From positions 2,496,001 to 2,560,000 of the forward strand of contig OY762463.1 of assembly GCA_963665815.1 (NCBI GenBank): 64,000 bases of DNA. The letters are read 5' to 3'. Of this stretch, positions 41,224 to 51,724 are shown in pieces. A program made the position numbers and the translations under genes. Every line of letters begins with the position of its first letter. The stretch's first letter is position 1. The notes under the pieces were generated by a model. That model ran no database searches. It saw only the letters and a list, made by a program, of their open reading frames with translations, and was not told the origin of the DNA. The DNA is from Candidatus Cloacimonadales bacterium (GTDB taxonomy: Bacteria; Cloacimonadota; Cloacimonadia; Cloacimonadales; JAIOQZ01).

Positions 41224-43283
41224 TATTGGATTCCTCCTTTTTTAGCGATATCAGTCAGAATTTGAAGTGCATTAGCCCTCATGTGAATGAATTCATCAAT
41301 TCCGGCTTCTTTAAGCATTTCAATCTGATCTTTCGGATAACCTGCCAGTACAAACTGAACACCTTCAACGTTTGCTTTAACTTCTTTGATGAAATCAGGA
41401 GCAAGTTCCGGATAAGTGTCATCTGTAGAGCAGAGAACCATTACTTTAGCACCTGAATTGATTGCATGAAGAGCAACATTCCCGGCACAACAGCATTCTT
41501 TTCCGTAAACAACGTTAAATCCGGCAACTTCAAAGAAACCTCTGGAGAAGTCGGCTCTTGCTTTGTGCTGTCTGAGCGGTCCGAAGTTCGCAAGATAAAC
41601 TGTTGGAGCTTCTTCTTTTTCACTGATTTTGATTCTCAGTTGTTCGAAAGCTTCAGTTGCTCTTACTTTAGCGATTCCTGCAATCTTAACTTCCTCACCT
41701 GCCCATATAGCTTTGGATACTTCTTCAAGAGTAGCACCGTCAGCATAAGCTTTTGCAGTAGATTCGATAAGATCTGCATTATCTATTTTAATTTCCTTTC
41801 CTGAAAGTTTAACTGCTGCGACTCTCTCATTTTTGAGATCTTCGTCTGTATCTGTGGAAAGGAGTTCTTCCGTAAGGTTCGGATACATGTTAGTTCCAAC
41901 AAAAACATCTTTTCTGTGAGCAAGATTCTTTTGTTTGGCAGCCATTACTTCAGCTACTTTCTTTTGTGGAACTTCGTTTTCCAGAGCTTTAATGATTCCG
42001 CCCATTTCTTCGATCTCTGCAATCTTACCAAGTACCAACTCAGAAAGCTGTTCTGTAAGATGTTCAACAAGATAAGAACCACCGGCAGGGTCAATCACAT
42101 GATCAAGATGAGATTCTTCTTTAAGTACGATGTGTACGTTTCTGGCGATTCTTCTTGAGAAGGTTTGAGATGATCTGATTGTTGCATCAAACTCGGAAAC
42201 CTGAAGGGAATCAACAGAGGATACAACACCTGAGAAAGCTTCGGTAGTAACACGGAGCATGTTCACGTAAGGATCGTATACTGTTTTGTTCCATTCAGAT
42301 GTTTTAGCATGAACGAAAAGTTTTTGTGCTTCTGCAGAACCGCCCATTGCATCAATAAGCGTAGACCAGATGATCCTGGCAGTTCTTATTTTTGCAACTT
42401 CCATAAAGAACTGAGCTCCGAGTGAGAAAGAAACTTCCATTGCTGCTGAAACAGTTTCAACATCAAGTCCGCGTTTTTCCATCTCATCCATATATAAAAG
42501 AGCTGTGTTCATTACGTAAGTAAGTTCTTCAACTGCGCTTCCGCCACCGTTATGATAAGGTGTAGAGTCGATAGAGATAACTCTCATCAGAGGCATGTTT
42601 TCCTGAGCCCATTTAATCATCTGAGCCATCTGGTCGAACATGCAGTCCCATGATGCAGGAAGATATCCGTTTTCTACAGCGAATCCTGCAGGATCCATCA
42701 TAATGCATCCGCTGATCTGTTCTGCTTTGTCACCGGCTACTTCTTTAAGCATGGCAAGAGCAGTTGGAGCAGCGATTCCCGCTTTGATTCTGATCGGATA
42801 TTTTGTAATATCGACATTATTGAAGATAGTTTTCATATCTTCGAGTGTGCTTACGGAAACACCGTTTGCAAACAGATCTTCTGATTCCGCAGGATTAAGC
42901 CCTTTGGAAGAAAGATTGTCGAATCGTATATTAATAGCATTGAGACCTTTTTCAAGATCATGACTTAAAATTTCGTTAATTAATTGTGGTGTAGGAGCAC
43001 TTGCTTCCTGAGCAGTCTCCCATGATTTTGAGTGATAACCTGCGGCATTTGTTCCTCTTTTGTAAGGAGCAACTCCGGGCAGAGTATCTTCAATATTATC
43101 TACATCCCACTGGTGGTAGATAGGCTGAAGCTGAAGCCCTTCGTAGGTATTTGTGAGAAGAATCTTATCAAAAGGTTTACCCTTAAGTAACTTCTCCGCA
43201 GCAAGTTTCCAGTCTTCATAAGTCGGTTTTTCAAAGTTCATAGACTTCGCAACGGAAATCCCTTGATCTTTAGTATTATCCAT
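41223..43283 (-). CDS. mutA: Methylmalonyl-CoA mutase, small subunit
   Basis: [26 protein letters not shown]; lacks the DxHxxG motif; 1-bp overlap with the large subunit. Confidence 0.93.
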   Translation of the reverse strand: MDNTKDQGISVAKSMNFEKPTYEDWKLAAEKLLKGKPFDKILLTNTYEGLQLQPIYHQWDVDNIEDTLPGVAPYKRGTNAAGYHSKSWETAQEASAPTPQLINEILSHDLEKGLNAINIRFDNLSSKGLNPAESEDLFANGVSVSTLEDMKTIFNNVDITKYPIRIKAGIAAPTALAMLKEVAGDKAEQISGCIMMDPAGFAVENGYLPASWDCMFDQMAQMIKWAQENMPLMRVISIDSTPYHNGGGSAVEELTYVMNTALLYMDEMEKRGLDVETVSAAMEVSFSLGAQFFMEVAKIRTARIIWSTLIDAMGGSAEAQKLFVHAKTSEWNKTVYDPYVNMLRVTTEAFSGVVSSVDSLQVSEFDATIRSSQTFSRRIARNVHIVLKEESHLDHVIDPAGGSYLVEHLTEQLSELVLGKIAEIEEMGGIIKALENEVPQKKVAEVMAAKQKNLAHRKDVFVGTNMYPNLTEELLSTDTDEDLKNERVAAVKLSGKEIKIDNADLIESTAKAYADGATLEEVSKAIWAGEEVKIAGIAKVRATEAFEQLRIKISEKEEAPTVYLANFGPLRQHKARADFSRGFFEVAGFNVVYGKECCCAGNVALHAINSGAKVMVLCSTDDTYPELAPDFIKEVKANVEGVQFVLAGYPKDQIEMLKEAGIDEFIHMRANALQILTDIAKKGGIQ

Positions 43284-43311
43284 TTTTAATCTCCATGATT
43301 ACTTACTCAGA

Positions 43312-43425
43312 TCTTTGCACAACCGATATGTTAAAACATCAGTGATTCGATGAAACCTTCAGGTTTCAGCAACTCCCATATTTTGATTTAAAACATGAAA
43401 GAAGACCACTTTAAGTGTGCAAAGA
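43312..43425 (-). ncRNA. Candidate structured cis-regulatory leader of the mutase operon
   Basis: 10-bp closing stem UCUUUGCACA/UGUGCAAAGA enclosing 3-4 hairpins, between a TTGACA and the RBS. Confidence 0.45.
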
Positions 43426-43627
43426 CTGCTTACTTTATTTCATTGCAAATATTTATCAGGTGAAAGTCATGTCAATTAAAATCGGTTTTTATGTGGGGGA
43501 GGGGGGGGGAGGTATTGTGCCGGGATTTTGAATGAAGTGAATGGATAATTGAGACAACCGTCCGGTTGTCTCTACGCGGTGCGAGCTTTATGCTCGCGTA
43601 GTTTTGTTTGCATTTAGATAACTGTGA

Positions 43628-44548
43628 TCAACAGAACATATCATTTACACTGAAATAACTCTTCCCTGTCTCAGCCGCATGTCTCCTCTTTCTATATATC
43701 ATATTGGGTAATGTGATCCTATCCTCCAAAATAGCGTACAGATCATTACCATCCACTAGTATTAAAGATCTGTAATTATCAGAATTATCAACAACATTCT
43801 TACTAAATCCATTAAATGAAATAAAAAGACCTAATGTTAACTTATTCTTGTCTTCAATTTTGCCTTGAAATGAAAGCAGGCTAGAACGATTTACAAGCTC
43901 AGTTTGCCATTTAGCTTCTACTAAGTAATCCGAAGAATCAAAAGTAAATGCTCCATCAATTTGCTCACCTTTTATTCTAAATGAATTCTTGTAATCAAGA
44001 TCATAAAAATCAAACAGTTCTTTTAGGAATTTTTCAAACTTGTACCCTCTTATTTGTGAATCATTCTCATTAAAAACTTCATTAAATTCTTTTTTAATTC
44101 CAAGTAACAGTTTTTTCCTTCTTTTCTCTCCTTCAATTCTCTTCTCTTGCTGTTCCTCACGAAAGATGGCTCTCTTCTTCTCAGTTTCTTCATTAAAAAA
44201 CTTTGAGCAGCATTTTCTCACTGCACTTACTGCATTCTTAGCCTTTTCAATTTTCTTCTCTGAATCATCCCATTGCTTTAAATGTGAGTAACCTTTAAAA
44301 TTATTAATTGCCTCAAATAAGGCTAAAATATCATCATTGTACAAATCTTTTCTTTTGAGTAAACGATCTATAAGTTCTACTACACTTTCCCTTTTAGTGC
44401 AATTATCAAAATCAATCGTTGCTATAATAGCAGTATTCTTCATTGTAATTTTCAAAAAATCTTTTAAATTTTTTCTTCTCCAATAAACATGTACTAGTGC
44501 TTCTTTTAATGCAATTATTGCATCGGCAGAAAAATCCTTATTATTCAT
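43628..44548 (-). CDS. Mrr-like PD-(D/E)xK restriction endonuclease with helical N-terminal domain
   Basis: RGYKFE, EQIDG, LVEAKW, GLFISFNGFS. Confidence 0.85.
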   Translation of the reverse strand: MNNKDFSADAIIALKEALVHVYWRRKNLKDFLKITMKNTAIIATIDFDNCTKRESVVELIDRLLKRKDLYNDDILALFEAINNFKGYSHLKQWDDSEKKIEKAKNAVSAVRKCCSKFFNEETEKKRAIFREEQQEKRIEGEKRRKKLLLGIKKEFNEVFNENDSQIRGYKFEKFLKELFDFYDLDYKNSFRIKGEQIDGAFTFDSSDYLVEAKWQTELVNRSSLLSFQGKIEDKNKLTLGLFISFNGFSKNVVDNSDNYRSLILVDGNDLYAILEDRITLPNMIYRKRRHAAETGKSYFSVNDMFC

Positions 44549-45618
44549 AAATCCTCCCCCATCTCAAACTTTCGTCTTAGCTCATTATGCTCATAGGGTT
44601 TCAGGTATTTGTCATGCTGCAGGCGTCCGACAACTATTCCCGGATCAATATCAATTTCCTCAGCAAATTTGAGAATGTTCTCCGCAGTTAAATCCGTTAT
44701 GGCAATCCAGTAATTGTATTTATCACTTGGGATCAAGACTCCGGAAGCAAATTCGTTTGCCTGTGTTTCTTTCTCATTGCTTATCTGGTCATCATCAATA
44801 AGGATTTCCTTTCTGCTGTGCTCAAACAGTATATGCCCTATTTCATGAAATGAAGTAAACCAGAATACGTCGGCGTACTTCCCTTTTAAGCTGACCTGCA
44901 GCAAAACCTTTTCCCTGTTAATCCACTTTGTGGCTCCATTAACATGTGTATGCTTCAAATGTGGTACTAAAGCCATAGCAACACCGCATTCAGCAAGTAA
45001 AGCCTGCATTTCATCAACAAAACTATCCGGCTCCCTCTTAGTGAACGACCGTAGAACCGGTAATGCCCTTTTCAGTTTGGATTTACTGTACTGTTTTACA
45101 ACAATATCCTGGGCAATCAGTTCACCTTTCCTGAGCCAGACTGCCAATGCGTAGTCAGAAGCTTCAAAAGCTGTAGATTTACGGAAATTTGCTGCCACCC
45201 TTGGTATTATAGACAAATCGGCAACTCTGAAGTACTCTTTCAGGTTCTGTACTTTCTCTTCTATCTTTCTTGTAGGTTCAACCCAACCCAAACTCGCAAT
45301 CTGGCTGTATTCGATCTTCTTAGCTATTTCTTTTTCTTCTTCGCCGATTTCCAGTAATTTCATCTGAGCAATAGCGTTCTGATATCTCATTTCCAACTTC
45401 AACCAGAATTCGGACGGTATTCCGAGAACACTTTGCAGTTTTATGGCGGTATCTGGTAAGAGCGGAGCTTTGCCGTTAATAATCTGGTTCACATGTTTAT
45501 CAGACATATCCAGCCTTATTGCCAGATCTTTCTGTTTCATCCCGATAATCTCGAGTTGTTCTTTCAGGGTTTCTCCCGGAGGAACAGGGATTGGTGCTAA
45601 TCTTAATTTATCAGCCAT
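44545..45618 (-). CDS. higA: HigA-family antitoxin fused to ImmA/IrrE metallopeptidase domain
   Basis: PPGETL, HTH, FWLKLE..Y; HEIGH and E..ANEFA. Confidence 0.88.
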   Translation of the reverse strand: MADKLRLAPIPVPPGETLKEQLEIIGMKQKDLAIRLDMSDKHVNQIINGKAPLLPDTAIKLQSVLGIPSEFWLKLEMRYQNAIAQMKLLEIGEEEKEIAKKIEYSQIASLGWVEPTRKIEEKVQNLKEYFRVADLSIIPRVAANFRKSTAFEASDYALAVWLRKGELIAQDIVVKQYSKSKLKRALPVLRSFTKREPDSFVDEMQALLAECGVAMALVPHLKHTHVNGATKWINREKVLLQVSLKGKYADVFWFTSFHEIGHILFEHSRKEILIDDDQISNEKETQANEFASGVLIPSDKYNYWIAITDLTAENILKFAEEIDIDPGIVVGRLQHDKYLKPYEHNELRRKFEMGEDL

Positions 45619-45931
45619 GGTAATCTCCCGTTTCTAAAACGTTAACGATTTCTACTTGTTCGATTCTTTCATTATTATCACTATAAACCGGTTCTATAAT
45701 CATTCTCTGTGGATGGTGTAAATCCAGAGCATATTTACCTTTTAAGTTCCCGGTTAAAGCGTGGCATCTGCCAATTTTGTATTTCACCATAATACCAAAA
45801 TTCGGAGCATCTTCTAACTCACCAAGTCTCTGAATAATCTTTATTGCATTTTCATATCCATACAGTTTGGTTAGCTTTGCTGAATTATCAACAGCTTTCC
45901 TTAATTTCCTGTCTAAAATTTCAACTTTCAA
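45611..45931 (-). CDS. higB: HigB/RelE-family toxin (killer-suppression type)
   Basis: CHALTGNLKGKYALDL..P.R, C-terminal DYHG; AGGAG RBS before TTG at 45931. Confidence 0.85.
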   Translation of the reverse strand: MKVEILDRKLRKAVDNSAKLTKLYGYENAIKIIQRLGELEDAPNFGIMVKYKIGRCHALTGNLKGKYALDLHHPQRMIIEPVYSDNNERIEQVEIVNVLETGDYHG

Positions 45932-46003
45932 AGTGAACTCCTGAAGACAAATTAATTTTCCTACACGAAATGTCAATAAAACTTTACCTGACAGGTAAAG
46001 ATT

Positions 46004-47356
46004 TTATAATATTCTAATCTCCAAACACTGACTCAATCCACGATAATGCACAAAAATTTGCAGGTTATCAGAAACTATAGATAATTTCAGTATCTTGAAA
46101 TTACTTTCCTCTAAGTATTTCTGTCCATCCATTTCATGTCTTTCAACAATCTCATTACCACTGTAGACTATTATATTATCCCAGACAGATAATTTATAGA
46201 ATGACTCGTAGTGGAAAATAAATGAATCTTCCTGTTCTTCTAAGCTAAGATCAGATATAATCACATCGTTACAATTATGTGCAGAAACCTGGAATATCAA
46301 TATTATGTTTTGCTCCCAGTCTTTAAGCAGATTTTCAGCATTAACGCCAAAATAAAGCTCAATATATTGCACAAAAGAGTTGCCATGTTCGTAATCATTA
46401 GATTGACTATATAAATTATTAACTTTTTCATATCCGAACTTATCGATCAAATATGATATGAATGAAACAAGACAATTATACAATATCAGTTTCTTCTTAG
46501 TGGGTACTAATCTTACTTCGAACTCATTCAGGATTTTATCACTGCTCAGCAAATTTGAATTAAATAAATGAAAAGCCAGCATATTGGATTGTTGAGTTAC
46601 TTCTTCAAGTTTCCTTGCAAACTCCCATCCCTTGAAATCTGCATAAGCTTCATTAAAGAAACGCCAGATATTCTTGTCCTTCACAGATAAATTTATACCC
46701 CACTTGTAGTAATGATTTTGATATAAATGAGTGTATTCATGCAACAAGGTTTGAATAAACATCTCTCTGTCGAACTCTTCATCACTATAAATGCCTGTAT
46801 TAATTATTATTTCCTTAATAAACGGACTTGCTGTAGCTATTCGTCCGCCATCCAGAATTGTTACAAATACCTTTGCAAATCTGTGATCCGTATATTTTTT
46901 TTTAATGAATTCAAGAACTTCATCAAAATCTTTCAAGAAGTAATCGATTTTGCTTTGTATGTTAGCATCATATCTGATACACATAAAGTCATTTACATAT
47001 GATTTTATATCAGCTTTAGCAATTCCTTCGATAACTTCTTTTTTACTGACTAAGAATTCCGATTTCAATTCAGATAGTACTTTTTTTGCATTATCTATAT
47101 CGAAAATGTGAACATAAGAGTAAAATAATGCAACCAATTCAATGTTTGATAAAATATCATAGTTATCATTACATATTTCAATGAAAGAAGATATCGTTTC
47201 CGGATATCTCGCTAACAAAACAAGTAAATGATTATTAATGAAAAAATTTCTTTCACTTTCCAAAACACCGGAAATCAGATGTAATATTGATTCGTAATTA
47301 CTTTTTTCATCACTACACAATTCTTTATACTCTTTTAGAAATGAATTTTTATCCAC
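46004..47356 (-). CDS. Putative gluzincin/MA-clan metallopeptidase
   Basis: LLHEYTH followed by FFNEAYAD; FISYLIDKFG. Confidence 0.6.
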   Translation of the reverse strand: MDKNSFLKEYKELCSDEKSNYESILHLISGVLESERNFFINNHLLVLLARYPETISSFIEICNDNYDILSNIELVALFYSYVHIFDIDNAKKVLSELKSEFLVSKKEVIEGIAKADIKSYVNDFMCIRYDANIQSKIDYFLKDFDEVLEFIKKKYTDHRFAKVFVTILDGGRIATASPFIKEIIINTGIYSDEEFDREMFIQTLLHEYTHLYQNHYYKWGINLSVKDKNIWRFFNEAYADFKGWEFARKLEEVTQQSNMLAFHLFNSNLLSSDKILNEFEVRLVPTKKKLILYNCLVSFISYLIDKFGYEKVNNLYSQSNDYEHGNSFVQYIELYFGVNAENLLKDWEQNIILIFQVSAHNCNDVIISDLSLEEQEDSFIFHYESFYKLSVWDNIIVYSGNEIVERHEMDGQKYLEESNFKILKLSIVSDNLQIFVHYRGLSQCLEIRIL

Positions 47357-47414
47357 AAAATCTCCATAAGATAATTAACATTAACAAGCTCTTTTCAATA
47401 CTCCGTAATACTTA

Positions 47415-48404
47415 TTACTCCTGAATCACAAACTTATATATCATCCCGGAGAACACATCCTGAAGATAGATATTACTACCTGATTTAGCAAACGAGAACT
47501 CCTTTCCCAGAATACTTATTGGGAACTTGTATGTGTTAAGTACTTTACCTTCAATTGAGTATTCAACGAGGTACGTTTTCAAGCCGCCTTCTTCAGCAAG
47601 AAGATTACTTGAAATTTCCTCTTCTCTACCATCCTCTATCATTTTTGTAATAGTTTTTGATAGATCCTTATCCAGAGAATACTGTACAATATACAAGCGG
47701 TTATCATCTATAACAAAACATGAAATAAAAACATAATCACCAATAAAAGATGGGGTTTCAAAGAACATATTGCTGTTAACTTCCAGAATCTTATCCTTTA
47801 AATGCAGAAAACTGATAATTGTTTTGTCATCAATTTTTGCTACTGCAAATCGTTTATTAGATTCCTTTGGAAGTTCCAGTCTAAATATTAAATCAGTAAT
47901 GGATAAATCAATAACAGGATTATCTTCTACCAGTTTATAAAGGTTTATCTCCGGTTTTCCGGCAAGGTCTGAGTAATACAAATTACCATTAAAGTTATAT
48001 ACTTCTGCAGGATGCTGCAGCTTAACTGATTTAATGTATTGACCGTCTTGCCTTAACCACTGTATTCTTGAATTAAACAAATCAGCAATTACAATATTAC
48101 CATCATTATCGAAAGTGAAACTCAGAGGATAGTTAAATTCACCCGGTGCTTTTCCTGGTTTTCCGAATGATTTTTCGAATTTCAGTGTTTCTTCATCGAA
48201 GATGCTCATTTTACTGCTTGTAGCATCCAGAATAAAAAGTTTTGAATCTCTACAGTTGATTGAACAGTCCTGACTGAAGTAATATTCCTCACTATCCTGC
48301 CAACCAAGAGAATCTGCAAGCCTAAGTGTAGAAGTTCGATTAGCCGTTTTATTACAGGAAAATAAAACAAATATAAAAGAAAAAAGAACAAACACTCTCT
48401 TCAT
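47415..48404 (-). CDS. 6-bladed beta-propeller (NHL-like) lipoprotein 1
   Basis: Lipobox LFSC; FGKPGKAPGEF..P, IADLFNSRIQ. Confidence 0.82.
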   Translation of the reverse strand: MKRVFVLFSFIFVLFSCNKTANRTSTLRLADSLGWQDSEEYYFSQDCSINCRDSKLFILDATSSKMSIFDEETLKFEKSFGKPGKAPGEFNYPLSFTFDNDGNIVIADLFNSRIQWLRQDGQYIKSVKLQHPAEVYNFNGNLYYSDLAGKPEINLYKLVEDNPVIDLSITDLIFRLELPKESNKRFAVAKIDDKTIISFLHLKDKILEVNSNMFFETPSFIGDYVFISCFVIDDNRLYIVQYSLDKDLSKTITKMIEDGREEEISSNLLAEEGGLKTYLVEYSIEGKVLNTYKFPISILGKEFSFAKSGSNIYLQDVFSGMIYKFVIQE

Positions 48405-48584
48405 TAAATACTCCTTGAGAGTTTGGAATGATAACAAAATTAATCAGCTTTGTTAAAAGTCTCTCTTTCAAATTATCAGCATTAACAATATTTATAAATT
48501 CATTGTCAATAAATATCAGATGATTCCCTTGACAAAAGTACTAATCAAAGAAAGCTTTTGTTGAAAATAGTTTATGGAGGATTG

Positions 48585-49577
48585 ATGAGGTGTGATCAAT
48601 TAATTGCTATAACAATAACACTAATGGGTTTTATTATTATCTCAGGTTGTACTGGTACCGAGGAAAAAATCGGATCGATGACAGTTATTGATTCACTTGA
48701 TATTTCTGATGATATTGATCATAGTTTGAGTTTCTGCTCAGCCATTAATGTATATAAGGATGAACTATTCATTACAGATCAAGACAAATTCAATGTATAT
48801 GATTTAAATGATTTCTCTTTTAAACGATCTTTTGGTAAAAAAGGCAGATCTCCGGGTGAATATTTAGGAGCAAGTGATTTTCTTATTGAGAACGATACAA
48901 TCTATGTTTGCGATATGGTGAACAGCAGGCTTCAGCTATTAGATATAACCGGTAATTATATTAAATCAGTGAAGTCTCAATTTCCGCAAATGATTGAGAA
49001 ATGGAACGATGATATCTATGTTTTAAGTTTCAACAGGATGCCAACTTATACAATGTGGAAATATAAAAATGGTATTTTGGGAGAAGAGCTTAAACTGGGT
49101 GAACTTAGAGAAAAAAGCGGCTTTACTCTTAATAATGTTGAAGAAATGGAAACAAATTGCATATTGTTTAACAATGACCTGTTATTCATTCGCTATTTTT
49201 TCCCTGATAAGTTTCACATCCTGAATGATAAGGGTATGTTTGAAGAACATCAATTAACGAAGACTTTGGCTAATCTAAAATTAAATAGTATGTCAACTGC
49301 AACAGTGCAGAATAACAAGCTGTATGTCGTCGCAACTCATGTAAGAGAAGAGTTAATTAATAAAGATGTTGAGTATACTTCTTCCAGACAGTTTAAAACA
49401 GCGGGAATATCTACAGAGTATCTGCTGATTTTTAATGATAAATATGAAATGGAAAGAAGATATGAGTTTCCGGTAAACTCTTTCACCTACTACAATACTT
49501 TAGTAATATATGATGATTATATCATGGTTTTTGATGCAGGGAGTGATGTTATATACAGATACAGGCTGGAGATATAA
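48585..49577 (+). CDS. 6-bladed beta-propeller lipoprotein 2
   Basis: Lipobox ISGC; FGKKGRSPGEY, CDMVNSRLQ. Confidence 0.82.
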   Translation: MRCDQLIAITITLMGFIIISGCTGTEEKIGSMTVIDSLDISDDIDHSLSFCSAINVYKDELFITDQDKFNVYDLNDFSFKRSFGKKGRSPGEYLGASDFLIENDTIYVCDMVNSRLQLLDITGNYIKSVKSQFPQMIEKWNDDIYVLSFNRMPTYTMWKYKNGILGEELKLGELREKSGFTLNNVEEMETNCILFNNDLLFIRYFFPDKFHILNDKGMFEEHQLTKTLANLKLNSMSTATVQNNKLYVVATHVREELINKDVEYTSSRQFKTAGISTEYLLIFNDKYEMERRYEFPVNSFTYYNTLVIYDDYIMVFDAGSDVIYRYRLEI

Positions 49578-49578
49578 A

Positions 49579-50559
49579 ATGAAAAGTGTCATATATTTTC
49601 TACTTCCTGTACTGGTTTTAGTTTCAGCCTGTACTAAACAGGATAATCAAGTTCTTTCAATGACTTTTGTGGATTCTGTCAATGTGGCAGATGATATCAC
49701 GGAATATATGAAATACTGTACAACATTGAAAGTATATGGTAATGAACTGTTTGCTACAGAGTACAGCAAGATAAATGTTTTCGACCTTGAGGATTTATCC
49801 TATAAAAGAACTATTGGAAGAGAAGGAAGTGCTCCAGGGGAATTCAGGCTTGCAGCAGATATTGTTGTGTTTAATGACACACTATATGCGGCAGATTATG
49901 GAAACAGCAGGATTCAGCTTTTCACTGTTGAAGGTGAATATATAAAGTCGGTTAAAAGTCGTAATCCATACTTAATAGATGTTTATGATAACAAAATATA
50001 TGTTTCAAACTTCCACAGACAACCGGATTTTACCCTTTGGAAATATGAAAACGGACAGTTTTTCGAGCATTACAAAATAGGTGAGTTGATACGTCAAGAC
50101 CTGATAAAACAGGAAACGTTAGATGAACTGGAGAATCAGTTTGTCCTTTTTAATGGAGAGTTGATTTTCATTCGTCCTAATCTTAAAGAAAAGTTTTACA
50201 GGTTGAACTCACATAATAAATTCGAATATATGGAACTGAATGATAAACTTCTTGAACGCAATATTGATGTGATGTCAAATTCAATTGTGCATGATGGAAA
50301 ACTTTGTATAGTTGCCACCTACAGAAAGGAACATCTTTATGATAAGAATGTTAAGTATGAGACATCCCGTCAGTACAAAGAAGCCGGCATTGCTGAAGAA
50401 TATCTATTTATCATCAATAAGGATTTTGAAATTGAGAAGCAGTATTTATTTCCTGTGAACTCTTTTGCTTATACAGAAACTTTGGTCTTATGGAATAACT
50501 ATGTGATAGTCTTTGATGCCCATAACAGTACAATCTACAAATATAAACTGGAAGGATAA
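49579..50559 (+). CDS. 6-bladed beta-propeller lipoprotein 3
   Basis: Lipobox VSAC; IGREGSAPGEF, ADYGNSRIQ. Confidence 0.82.
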   Translation: MKSVIYFLLPVLVLVSACTKQDNQVLSMTFVDSVNVADDITEYMKYCTTLKVYGNELFATEYSKINVFDLEDLSYKRTIGREGSAPGEFRLAADIVVFNDTLYAADYGNSRIQLFTVEGEYIKSVKSRNPYLIDVYDNKIYVSNFHRQPDFTLWKYENGQFFEHYKIGELIRQDLIKQETLDELENQFVLFNGELIFIRPNLKEKFYRLNSHNKFEYMELNDKLLERNIDVMSNSIVHDGKLCIVATYRKEHLYDKNVKYETSRQYKEAGIAEEYLFIINKDFEIEKQYLFPVNSFAYTETLVLWNNYVIVFDAHNSTIYKYKLEG

Positions 50560-50561
50560 AA

Positions 50562-51539
50562 ATGAAGTTCTATACACTTATAGCGGCACTTATGGCTATT
50601 CTTCTATTTGGCTGTAGTGAGAGTCAGGAGGCGAAATCTGGCAAACTGTCTATCATAGACTCGTTGGGCTGGCAGGACTCAGATGAATATGCTTTTAGTG
50701 AATCAACTGTCAGCAGAATCAGGGATCGAGAATTGTTTGTTCTGGATACGGACACATCAATATTTCATGTGTACGAAACAGGATCTCTGCAGTTTAAAAG
50801 AACATTTGGTGGATCAGGCAGAGCTCCTGGGGAATTCATGTTCCCTAATTCTTTCACTTTTGACAGAGAGGGGAATATTGTTGTTGCAGATTTTGCAAAC
50901 TCAAGACTTCAATGGATTACTCAGGAAGGAGATTTTGTCAAAGCGATAAATTTTCATCCACTTGGAAAGGTATATAATTTTAACGATACGATCTTCGCAT
51001 CAACAGCTCATTTTGCACCGGATTATAAGCTGGTAAAAATTAACGGAACGGCAATAGATTCAGTTAGCAGTCTGGATGAAGTGTGCAGAAAAATGGATTT
51101 GCATGATGAAGGAAAACATCTTGAGATTGTTCGAATGGGGAACAGAATGGCAGCTTTTCCTGTGAACTCCGTAGGTGAGTTGTATTTGTATAATGGTTCC
51201 AGAATAGTTAACACGATTTCAGGTAACGAGTCAGTTGAAAAAGAGTATTCAAAGTCTTCCAATGCAGTTATTGATGAGAAAGGATTTTGGATTGTTGAAA
51301 GAACTTTCAGTGAAAAACCAAAATCAAGCGATAAGTTAAAGACAATAACCAGGATGAAAGATGTATATAATATAAGAGAATATTTGCGATTGTATTCATT
51401 TGATGGGATACTGTTAGAGCAATATAAGCTACCTGACAGAATGATGACTCTTCAGGGAGAAACTCTGGCAATGAGTGATTCTATGATATTTGTTACTAAT
51501 TATGACGGAATTATCTACAAACTGAAAATGGAGGATTGA
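50562..51539 (+). CDS. 6-bladed beta-propeller lipoprotein 4
   Basis: Lipobox LFGC; FGGSGRAPGEF..P, ADFANSRLQ. Confidence 0.82.
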   Translation: MKFYTLIAALMAILLFGCSESQEAKSGKLSIIDSLGWQDSDEYAFSESTVSRIRDRELFVLDTDTSIFHVYETGSLQFKRTFGGSGRAPGEFMFPNSFTFDREGNIVVADFANSRLQWITQEGDFVKAINFHPLGKVYNFNDTIFASTAHFAPDYKLVKINGTAIDSVSSLDEVCRKMDLHDEGKHLEIVRMGNRMAAFPVNSVGELYLYNGSRIVNTISGNESVEKEYSKSSNAVIDEKGFWIVERTFSEKPKSSDKLKTITRMKDVYNIREYLRLYSFDGILLEQYKLPDRMMTLQGETLAMSDSMIFVTNYDGIIYKLKMED

Positions 51540-51724
51540 TTGTGAGGAAATTTCTTATTGTTGTTGTAATCTGATTTGATCCATAAATATGTCAATATTT
51601 TGCATTCAACAGTTAATGTGGAGAGTTATTTTCTTTGTTACTAAGATAGCATCTGGAACCTTTTACAACTTGACATCATTCAAATAGTATTTTTAGTTGC
51701 AGTATGTCATACAGGAGATGTGGA

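Noticed and set aside
43290-43480. Canonical cobalamin riboswitch
   Set aside because: No recognisable GGGAA...GCCACTG / B12-box motifs; reported instead as an unclassified structured leader
43495-43512. G-rich tract as phase-variation switch or G-quadruplex
   Set aside because: Lies upstream of the mutase -35 element, outside any CDS; no supporting evidence
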